From assembly GCA_002269645.1 (NCBI GenBank), contig NIVC01001317.1:124001-188000 (forward strand): 64,000 bases of DNA, given 5' to 3'. The DNA comes from Macrostomum lignano (lineage: Eukaryota). Every line of letters begins with the position of its first letter. The first letter of the stretch is position 1. A program made the position numbers and the translations under genes. The notes under the pieces were generated by a model. The model had not been told where the DNA came from. It saw only the letters and a program-made list of their open reading frames with translations, and did no database searches. Positions 37,741 to 49,100 of this stretch are shown here, piece after piece.

Positions 37741-38646
37741 AGTGTCATTTAAAAAATTAAGAAGAATAATGGAAGAATAAAAGAAGCGTCATGTAAAAAT
37801 CAAAAGAAGCGCCATGTCAGACATGAAAGGTGTCATATAAAAATTAAATGAAGCTATAGTACAGTGCTGTGCTGGGGAGAATTACTGAGACGTCAAGGCT
37901 CACAGAGAATAACTGAGATTACAGGTGGGGGGGGGTTTCTGAGATGTCAAAGCAAAAGTCAGAAGCTACTTCAAAGTTCATGTACTTTACTCAATTTTTA
38001 TTACATTCATTGTTGGCTCGCCACAGGGGGGCGCTGATAGAAGCAGAGTCATGTAAAAAATAAAAGTAGCACTATGTATACATATAAGAAAAGTCATGTC
38101 GAAGTTAAAAGATTCATTTGGGAATTGCTACAATGTCAAAGCTTGGTGGAAATCGTTATAGTGCTGTGATTCTTAAAGAAGGAAACACTAAAATGCCAAG
38201 GCTTAGGGGAGAAGAATTGCTGAGATTTCAAGGCTTTAGGTTGGGTTAAAGTTAGGTTTAGGTCAGGTGTGGGTTGAGGGTTATATTTTATCGGGTTTCA
38301 AGGTTAACAGGGGATTTTTTTAGATTTCAAGATTTATGGGGGGCATCGCTGACATGTCAAGGCTTACGGGGGGAATAGCTGAGATGTCAAGGCTCACGGG
38401 GGTATAAATGAGATTTCAAGGCTAAAGTCAGAAGCTACATGTAGTTTAATGAAAACTTTTTATTACATTTTTTGTTGGCTCCTCAGGGCTCACTGATAGA
38501 AAAAGCATAATGTAAAAAATAAAAGAAGCTTCATGTCGAAGCGAAGAGATTCATTTGGGAATCCCTACGATGTCGAGGCTTGCAGGGAATCGCTATAACG
38601 CTGTAGTAGTGCTATAATGACTCAGAATTACTGAAATTTCAATGCT

Positions 38647-38737
38647 TTAGGGTTAGGTTAGGGTTAGGGTTAGGGTTAGGGTTAGGGTTAGGGTTAGGCT
38701 AGGGTTAGGGTTAGGGTTAGGCTAGGGTTAGGGTTAG
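38647..38737 (+). repeat. Interstitial telomeric (TTAGGG)n, ~15 units; more degenerate tracts at ~38245-38283, ~38995-39090 and ~39220-39242
   Basis: ttagggttagggttaggg... read directly. Confidence 0.9.
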
Positions 38738-39346
38738 AAGGTTGACAGATTTTTTTAGACTTCAAGGCTTATTTGGGGCATCGCTGAGATGTCAAGGGGG
38801 GAGTTGATTTGTTAAAGCTTGTGGGGGGAATTACTGACATTTCAAGGCTTACAAGGGACTTCTGAGGTATATTGCAAAGAGATGCTACATGTAGTTTATT
38901 ACAAAACTTGTACTGTATTTTTGGCTCCCTAACGCTAAGATACTAAGCTAAAAAATACTACTAGCTCTTCACAAACTTATGCAGATGTCAGGCTGTAGGG
39001 TTAGTGTTAGGGTTGGTATTAGGGTTTAGGTTTAGGGTTAGGTTCAGGGTTATTGCGTTAAGATTCGGGTTAGGGTTAGGGTTAGGGTAGCTTATAACTT
39101 AACTCATTTAGCTTATTAAAAATGTTTATCATGGAAGCATCATGCAAAAATAATGGAAGCGTCATGCCAAAAATCATAGAAGCATCGATCATGCAAAAAC
39201 TCATGGACAAAATATTGAATTTAGGGTTTTGGTTAGGGTTAGAATTTTGACAGGAGATTTTTTAAGATTTCAAGGCTACATGTAGCTTATTAAAAATACG
39301 TGTATTGCATTTCTTTGGCTCCCCAACGGGGGGCGTAGATTGCTAG

Positions 39347-39895
39347 TCCCATATACTAAAAATGAGTTGTCTGTATCTATCTATCTAGCTATGCGATAGA
39401 TTTCAGAAAAAATGGCTCAACCGATTTTCTTCAAACTTGCACCATTCGATCAGAAATTTTCCTGGGACGGTACATGCATCTTGGCTAAGAAATTGCTCAA
39501 TATTAAAGGGATTAAATATTCGAAAAACATGCTTTTTTGCAAAGGTCAAGCAGCTCTTTCGACCTGAAATGCATTGTAAGAATGCTAGAGAAAAAACTGA
39601 CTGGCTGAATTCCGATTGTGATAAAGATTGCATCACAACCAGTTGAAAACAGTGCCGAAGAAATGCACACAAGACTTGATTTAAATTGCGTAACCATATT
39701 GCTAACTTGAATTGAGACTGATACTGGCTGACTGAGAAATTGATTATGTCATAACTTTTTACTCTAACCGACTTGCTATAAGTATTGAATTATAAGGGCC
39801 ACAAGTCATGTTCTCCAATTGAAAAGAGATAGCCGGATGCAAACAGACTGGAATGCAAATGTAGCGACCTTGGTTCGAATCTTAGTAGTGAAAAA
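39347..39895 (+). mobile_element. Non-autonomous Helitron/HINE-like element, copy 2
   Basis: cccatatactaaaaatg, a short (tatc)n microsatellite and aatggctcaaccgattttcttcaaacttgcac. Aligns with 36190-36745. Confidence 0.5.
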
Positions 39896-39939
39896 TGTTT
39901 TTTTTATTAAAACACCTTAAAAAACACAAAATTCTAAAC

Positions 39940-41125
39940 ATTAAAGAGCCACCATGTCGAACATTAAAAAGCCACCATGTCAAACATTAAAGAGCCACAA
40001 TGTCAAACATTAAAGAGTTACCATGTCAAACATTAAAGAGCCACCATGTCGAACATTAAAGAGCCACAATGTCAAACATTAAAGAGCCACCATGTCAAAC
40101 CTAAAAGAGCCACCATGTCGAACATTAAAGAGCCACCATGTCAAACATAAAAGAGCCACCATATCAAACATAAAAGAGCCACCATGTCGAACATTAAAAA
40201 GCCACCATGTCAAACATTAAAGAGCCACAATGTCAAACATTAAAGAGCCACCATTTCAAACCTAAAGGAGCCACCATGTCGAACATTAAAGAGCCACCAT
40301 GTCGAACATAAAAGAGCCACCATATCAAACATAAAAGAGTTACCATGTCAAACATTAAAGAGCCACCATGTCGAACATTAAAGAGCCGCCATGTCAAACA
40401 TTGAAGCGACACCATGTCGAACATAAAAGAGCCACCATGTCGAACATTAAAGAGCCACCATGTCGAACATAAAAGAGCTACCATGTCAAACATTAAAGAG
40501 CCACCATGTTAAACATAAAAGAGCCATCATGTCAAACATATAAGTGACTTTATGTCGAACATTAAAGAGCCACCATGTCTAACATTAAAGAGCCACCATG
40601 TCCAACATTAAAGAGCCATCATGTCAAACATTAAAGAGCTACTTTGTCTAACATTAAAGAGCCACCATGTCAAACATTAAAGAGCCACCATGTCAAACAT
40701 TAAAGAGCCACCATGTCAAACATAAAAGAGCCACCTTTTTGAACATTAAAGAACCACCATTTCGAACATTAAAGAGCCACCATGTCAAACATAATAGAGC
40801 CACCATGTCAAACATTAAAAAGCCACTTTGTCAAACATAGAAGAGCCCCCATGTCAAACATAGAAGAGCCCCCATGTCAAACATAGAAGAGCCACTATGT
40901 CAGACATTGAAAAGCCACCGTATCAAACATAAAAGAGTTACCATGTACGAGCGTAGAACAAAAAAGAGCCACAATGTATAACATAAAAGAGCCACAATGT
41001 ATAACAAAAAAGAGCCACAATATATAACATAAAAGAGCCACAATGTATAACAAAAAAGAGCCACAATGTATAACATAAAAGAGCCACAATGTATGACATA
41101 AAAGAGCCACCCTGTTAAACATAAA
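39940..41125. repeat. 23-bp minisatellite (aaagagccaccatgtcaaacatt)
   Basis: About 50 tandem units, drifting in sequence toward the 3' end. Confidence 0.95.
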
Positions 41126-41209
41126 AGATACACAATTTCAAACGTAAAAGTAAGCGAATTTTAAAGGAGCCGCTATAATGCTAAGGAAATTGTCGCACTA
41201 GCTACTTAT

Positions 41210-41795
41210 TGTCTGGTGGATGCTTGCTATCTGGGGGATGCTTGCAATCTGGGGGATGCTTGCTATCTGGGGGATGCTTGCTATCTTGGGGATGCTTGCT
41301 ATCTTGGGGATGCTTGCTATCTGGGGGATGCTTGCTATCTGGGGGATGCTTGCTATCTGGGGGATGCTTGCTATCTGGGGGATGCTTGCTATCTGAGGGA
41401 TGCTTGCTATCTTGGGGATGCTTGCTATCTGGGGGATGCTTGCTATCTGGGGGATGCTTGCTATCTGGGGGATGCTTGCTATCTGGGGGATGCTTGCTAT
41501 CTGAGGGATGCTTGCTATCTTGGGGATGCTTGCTATCTGGGGGATGCTTGCTATCTGGGGGATGCTTGCTATCTTGGGGATGCTTGCTATCTGGGGGATG
41601 CTTGCTATCTTGGGGATGCTTGCTATCTTGGGGATGCTTGCTATCTGGGGGATGCTTGCAATCTGGGGGATGCTTGCTATCTTGGGGATGCTTGCAGTCT
41701 TGGGATGCTTGCTATCTGGGGGATGCTTGCTATCTTGGGGATGCTTGCTATCTTGGGGATGCTTGCTATCTGGGGGATGCTTGCAGTCTTGGGAT
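41210..41795. repeat. 18-bp minisatellite (ctgggggatgcttgctat)
   Basis: About 32 tandem units. Confidence 0.95.
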
Positions 41796-43110
41796 GATTT
41801 CTTTTTGCAATGCACTTCATTTGAGCAGTTTGTCTGTAGTCTTTTTGAAGGATTTTTGGCTGTCTTTTTGTTACTTGTAGAAAACAGAGATTCTATCCAG
41901 ATGTCCCCCATCGGGGGGCGAAGATTGCTAGTTGTCTTCTTTTATTGTATTATTTAGTATTCATTTCCAAGGTAATTCCCCACTCCCTTTTGTCTTGTAC
42001 AAATCTGCGGAAAATTCCTGTCTGGGAAAATCGATTCGTGGATGAAACAATTGTTATTTTAAAAGTACTACGTTTCTATTGCATTGCTGACGAGCTGAAA
42101 GCCTGAAATTGACTGGGTATGCACAGCATACCCCTCCCCAGTGCTCCACTGCTCCAGATGTACATTGGCTTTATCGATGTACACTGATAGTGGCCTGATT
42201 TTACTTGTACGTAACTGGCAACCTAGACCCGTCGTCTCTCCCAACCCCTACCCCTCCTTAACTTTAAATGCTAATAAAATGAAGACAAGGGACCCCAACC
42301 ACAGCCAGACGAAGGAACAAATTAACAGCCCAATTATCGGCGCTGCAGACCTGCTGGCCTCCAGTTTAGCGGCCGCCTCGCGGTCAGACAGTTTCGCCGA
42401 CAAGATTTTATACGCAGAGCTGGGCACAAAAAATAGGCAGTTTGATTAGAATCGAAATCATTGAAATCTGATTAACTTGACTTGATTGGACTGGCGTCGT
42501 TTTTTTTACTATTACCATCATGGTAAGTTTTATAAATGTAATACAATGCACTACTGTTACTTTTCTAAGCATAACACAATTTCATTTTTTAAATTACAAA
42601 ATTGCAATACTTTCGTCTTGGCTAAAAGAGAAGTAGAATATCCTGTGCATAAGCATAGGGGGCTTACACCACCCGTGGATATCCGGGAAGCTTTTTTATG
42701 CTTGTCTTAGACTTCTATACCAAGCCAGCTGGCCCAACCAACCACTTTAAACTGTTCCTAGTTCCTAGAAATTCTTAAGTACATGTAATTCAGTAGCATT
42801 ATACGCTGGTAAGCCTCATGTGTCGTGTGAGATAAATAGGACTTGAAAATCTGTGAGCTCTTCCAACCTGTCTAGCACCTGTTCAGTTCCTATACACGTA
42901 AATGTGTACACGCAAACGTAGAAAATTGTTTCGCTACCAGATGAGACGTTAGTTGCAGTCTGTGTTGCTAATGTATTGTATAATGTACATGTATTGTGTT
43001 GCTAAGCTGTTTACCTCATTGGGGGTTCTTTTTGTCCTCAGAGCCGCAAACGACGCCGTAGTCCGCCGAGGCCGAGCGGGCGCGGCCCGCGAGCGCCTCC
43101 ACCACCAAAG

Positions 43111-46100
43111 ATGTCCACAGGCGAGCGCCGCTATCTATCCGCTAACGACGTTCTTCCGGACGAGCAACTCGAGGCCGTTGTTGAGCAGTATACGCCTGAG
43201 TGCGGCTTAACATTCATGGTCTCCATGCCGGAGCACAGGCGTGGCTACCAGCTAACATTGCAGCAAGACGACATTGCGGCCACCTACGGCGCCCTGACGC
43301 CGAAAGCATCCGATAGGATCCGCTTAACGGCCAGTTTCTACAATTCAACTGCCACTAACTTGGCTAATTGTAAGCTGCTTAGCCTGACCAGCAGGGACTC
43401 CGCGGAGTGGCTTAGCTTTGCTCGGCGGCTACTTAATATTGCCGAGAATTCGCCGCGCGGCGCCAGCGGCCACCTGCTGGCCGAACTGGGCGAGCCAAAC
43501 GTGGTCTGGCCCGCTCTGCTCCTAGGTGACTTCAACGACAGCCAGCTGAGTGGCGCCGTCTGTCGCCTGCTGACCCGGCTGACTCGCCTGCTGTCAAGTC
43601 GGAAGCGCGAGAACCTTCAAATTGTTATTGAACTGGCTAGTTCACAGGTGAGCGACCCGACTAACTGAAAAGCTTTTTCACTGTGACTTCTCTGACTCGT
43701 CCTTTGGGATCTTGGCTGTCCACGCGGCCCTTTCATGGACCCTCATGTTTCATGTTCCGGTTCTGACCGACTGCTACCCCCTATCATAGGTCTCTCAGGC
43801 CTCTCCTGCCCCTCTAAACAATAGCTACTACTTTGTACTACTTTGCAGAAGGCATTGTCTCGCCTGCTGTTGCCGCTGGTGGCAGCCGATGCAGCCCAGT
43901 CTCCAGACGCTCCGATGTCTCATCGCCGAATCGTAGTCGAATTTGCTCGAAGCCTCCTTGCCCAGGACCCCGGCTGTTTGGCTCGCCTGCTGCCGTTACT
44001 AAGGGGAGCCACTGCGCCTAGCAACAGCCTGTTGTTGGATTTGTTGACGGCGGTGGCAGAGCTCCGACCTGGTGGCCGGAGGTCCATCAGCATCGCGCCC
44101 ACCAGCGAGGAGGTGTCGGCGGGCAGGAAGTCCATGCTGACCGGTCTGCAACCTGCGAGGATCCAAGGACCGTACCAGTCCGTGGAGGACTACTTCGAGA
44201 CTATGTTCAGGTAGGCTTTTGTGGATTCAGACATTGTGGGATCAGGGTTCTTGAGATCTTGACAATCTTTTATGAGCTATTTTAAGACCAATTTCTGAGA
44301 CTTGAGAAGCTGGATACGTAGGTCTTTAAAAAGCTCTGTAATTGGACCAGAGCAGCTCAGCGGTGAACGCTGCGACACCTGGTTCAGCTGTTTAAACTCT
44401 GCGATTTCGGAATCGGGACCTATCTGTAGGCTTGGATTCCACGTTGAGTTCTGGGATTTTTAATGTATTGAGATTAGTATTTGCGAAGTGAGTGTCACAC
44501 TATTAGGTCGGAGCCTTGATCTGACTGATTAACAGTAGAACTACGAAATTCAAGGACACAGGCTAAATAATTGTTGCGCACCGTCTCAAACAACAATCAA
44601 GTCTCTGCACCGTCGAGATATTCAACGATTCTGCCCGAAAGTCGAATTTTTCCGATAAGCGCTAGTGTATTCTAGCACGGCGCCTCGGTGCGGCCTTCGA
44701 GATTTGCCCGCCGAGCTTCTACCGTTGAGATTTGGCCGAAGTGCATTTTGCCCGTGACCGAATTGCCCGCAGTGCAATTTTCCCGCAAGTGCACTTTGCC
44801 CGCGAGCGAATTGCTCACCGAGGTTTGCTCGCAATGCTTTTTTTCTACAGTGCATTTTTCCATGCGGCAGATTTTTTCTGCATTGCCTCCCCCCCCCCCC
44901 CCAATTCTTAGTACCGCGTAAGTCTTAATAAAGAGATTTGGGGGGGGGGGAAGTGACATGGCATATGCATGAACCAATAGCTCACAGATGTACAGTTCTG
45001 TATATGTATAGAACTGAATACTTACAAGAAAAACCCCTATGAAAAATTGGCCCGAATTTTCACCCTACTCTTCACCCGAAATCGTCAGCACTTTGCGGGT
45101 GTAAAAATTGCCGGGCTACTGGCCCGGAATCGTTACGAAAAGTTCGTTTTTCGGGCGATGCACCCATGCATGCACCCGCATTTATACCCGAATATTTACG
45201 GGCGATTCACCCAGAATTATTTTGCGCCGAAAAATCCGGGCCAGTTAACCGATATTTTGCTTGCAAATCCGGCCCGAAGAGCTGGTCATATTTCCTGCTT
45301 TTGGTCTTAGTGATAGTGCACGATATTATAGTAAGTTTTTAGAGGGCATAAACTTAATTACGGTGACTGCCACTTTTCATACTGTAATAAAACTTGTATC
45401 TAGTTGAATAGGAAGATTTTGCATGTACGAGCTAAATGACCCCCTCCAAGAGAGCTACATGTATCGAGAAGAAAAATAAGGCAATTCTGGAGGGATTCAA
45501 TAAGAAATCTAGATCTAGATAGAAATGTTTAAGCTTGGCCACATAATAAGAAAAAGTGTGCGCGATAGTTTATTTAAATATTTAATGTATGCATTCAATA
45601 CGTTCAGTAAGCAAAAGCATTAAAGCATTAAAGTAATAAAAGCAAAGGAGGGTTAAGAAAAGAATCGAAACAGAAACAAACAAAGTTGTAAAGAAGATAA
45701 CATGAAGGGGCTTGACGTAGAGAAATTCTGAAGAAAACCATAAAAAGGAGAAATAACTAACTATTTATAGGGCATTTGCAGCTAAGAAATAACCAAATAT
45801 ACTAGTACGTTTGCAACTGAAAAGAGGTAGATCTAAGGCACAGAGTGCAAGGAGAGGGGTGCACACAGAATGCACATGTGAAATAGCTAAGATAGGGAAA
45901 GTATTAGCGCGACCATGGAGAAAGGAGAGAAACGATGTGAGGGGGAAATAGCAACATTCGGAAGGATAGGAAGAACCGAGATCAGTAATGGGGTCTGGTG
46001 CAAATTAAGGTGACTTCGAGATCCCTCCCTCCCAGTCGCAGCCACATTACGAAGCAATGAAAAAAACAAATCAGTGTAGAACAAAAGCAAATGCGATAGA

Positions 46101-49100
46101 AATTCATAAGTTCAAAGTTTAGGTATAGATTTATAACTCAGCGAGCGACAGGATGCGATACTGCGCTTGATTGAACATGTTAGCAGTGTCACTGGTTGTG
46201 AGCCTGGTGCTGGGTGGCGTAACAGCAGATTCTGGCAGCTGAGATGCTGCAGCACCAGCTAATCGAAGCAGCGCACCTGGAGTAGAAGGGGGCACAGTTG
46301 CAGAAAAGCGTCAATAACGTTTTAAACAACACTACAATACAAAAAAATGAAAACATCACCTGGTTTGGTCTTCGTCGCCTTTCTAGCGACGCTGGTCTTT
46401 CTCGGTAGTTGGCCCTCTCGGCATTGGGAGTAGGCACGCTGCAGCTCGGATTTTGTGATTTTACATGACTTTAAAATAGACTGTTTGGGCTGGAGTATGT
46501 CGCCTAACACCAGTCCTGTAGTGCACGGCATAATCCCGGCGATGACGCTTAGCAGTCCAATGTCATCAGACATTAATGGCCAGAGGAAAACTTGGCTGAG
46601 GGGCATGTATACATAGCATAAATGACTTAGGAGCATGGTATGATGATGCTAAAATTCTGTTTATTGATCAATAAAATCTAAACCTAAATTAAAAGGCAAC
46701 AAAATTGATTATTAATAATTTTTCTTTAATTATAATGGTATAAGTACAGTGCTTGGAATGTTAAATCTGATGGTAAATGTTTATTCTACAAAACATATTC
46801 AGATTATTAGATCTAAAACATTCATATAAGAGCAAAAAGAAGGCTTATTTATAAGATATAAAGGGCCTTTATCTCTGGGAATATGTTAAATTGCAAAACT
46901 TTTTCAAGTTATTAGCTTCCTTGAAAAATGCTCAGTTCTAGGCTTTAGGTTCCCTTAGAATATAATAAGTTATCAAAATTATATTAAATAAAATACAAAA
47001 AGCATACAGATTAAAAAATAATGTGAATACATAGCTTTCTAAAAAGTACTATATAGACTATACAAACTTGAAAAAGCAAAAATTATATTAATGCTACTCA
47101 GAGTTTTACGAGCTATATTTGGACTTTATAAATGGTTTTTTAAATTGATTTGTTACTTATGTTCTAAAACTTTTTACCATTCAGCAAGCTCTCTGTGCTC
47201 ATATACAATACTATCTTCATTATAGGTGAAATATTAATCAGGATAAGTTTTCTAAATTATTTTCTATTTTTACTAACTTTAAGAAATAAATAAATAGGCT
47301 AATTACTGGACTTAATTAAATTATAATTAACTATGTGACTGCCAATTCCTGAACCAGGGCAGGGCAGGGGGTCAGTCCTTGCTATTGACTCATTTAGTGA
47401 AATAATTCACATTGACTATTTTTGAAGTTAAATAAACTTTGTCTGTTAGATTATGATAAATTAATACAAAAGTAACAAAACACGCTTCACTAGCTAGCAC
47501 ATAAAATATCGAAGTTCTGAAAACGTGGCGGGGTCGTTCTCAAAACTTCGGTTCAATGTAGTATAACAAATCTCAGCAATTTATTAGAATATTGCACTGT
47601 CCTGCGACTTTTTAGGAAATAATTGTTAACAAAAATAAATAAAAGCAAAGGTTTTATACGGGAAAAATCTAATAAAGAAGCTGTTATCAGCTTTAATATG
47701 CCAAATTGAAGTTATCGCGCTGTCTAATCATACGTTTATGTGAATGAAGCCAATCAAGTTTTTGCAAAAAGAGTCAAGTTTCTTAGCCACAGCAAAAACT
47801 TTTGCAGCAATTGTATTTTTAAGAAGTAATGCACATCCTAAATATCCATTTGGTTCCTTTTCACTGCTTAAGTTGGCTAAATAACATTAAAAATTACGAA
47901 TTTGTAAATTTCCAAATTCAGACAGCATGCGATAAACCGGTTGATAAATTAATGGAAACGAATCTTCATTGAAAATATTTTTATTAGTGAAAGCATTAGT
48001 TCAAACATTTATGCTTTCAGCCTTATTTAAAGTATAGTCTAGTGTTTAGAAAGCCTTTCATTAAAAAGTATTTTGATAATTCACAAAAAATATCCACTAT
48101 CAGAGAGCACAGTTTTTATTCTATAAGTGCACCATAACTCAGACCTCGAAAATCATTTGAAAACAAATCTTCACACACATAAGGCACCCATCCTGAGGTG
48201 GTGCAAAAGTAATAATTTTTTAAAATTTGAATAACCGTATGGGTATAGTAAGCAATAATATCAATATTTAAGCATTTTTTCATAAATTTAGTCTATAAGT
48301 GCAGTATAACTCAGACTTGGAAAAACAAAACAAGACAAAACTTCACACACATAAAGCATCCATTCTAAGGTGGTGCAAAAATCCACATTTGGATCTTGGT
48401 TGAATCTTGGAACCTGGGCACCTAGCTTCCTACTCGTTTAGCTATATTGATTTAAACCCATTTTTAATCTGCATCGTCACGTCAAAGTCCCTCAGGACAC
48501 GCTTTTAGAAAAAAACGGGCTAGAGACCCGCACGTCTGGGTTTCTGCTTTCCCCGCTTTCCGGGCGAGAGTCCCGCTTTTTCGCCCGATTTAGTTTCAAC
48601 CGTTTTGTCGGCGTGCTTTCCGGGTGAATCGACCGCTTTTTAGTTTTCACCCGCAAATTTAAAGTTCCGGGCCCAATTTCATATGTTTTCGGGCGAAAAT
48701 TCGGGCCAATTTTTCATAGGGACATAAATTTGATATGCAGTTGCTATCTAAACGTTTTCATCGGGTAAATCTCTTTATTAAGAATTACTAAACATGGGGG
48801 GTGCAGACAGAATCTGCCGCGTGGCGAAATGCAAACCTCGGCGGGCAATTCTCATGGACCCCCTAATTCAACACCGCGTCGACAGCATGTGTCTGCATCA
48901 GCTCTGACTTCGTTGGTTATTGGCATCTGGATGACGACTGAATGTCTGAGAGACTAATTGAGGATACCTAGCAGTCGAGGCTTGATCAGAGACATCACAG
49001 AAATTTGAAATATGGTGTCCATAGTCACCTGCTGCCAACTGTTGATGGTCCAGAAACTCCGTCTGGGTGAATGACTGTGGCTACTGACCAACTAAGTCAG

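Noticed and set aside
38647-38737. True chromosome end
   Set aside because: Short, interrupted and flanked by ordinary sequence on both sides.
41198-41957. Repeat ORFs in several frames (IPQIAS, GDACYL)
   Set aside because: 18-bp minisatellite, open in many frames by chance.
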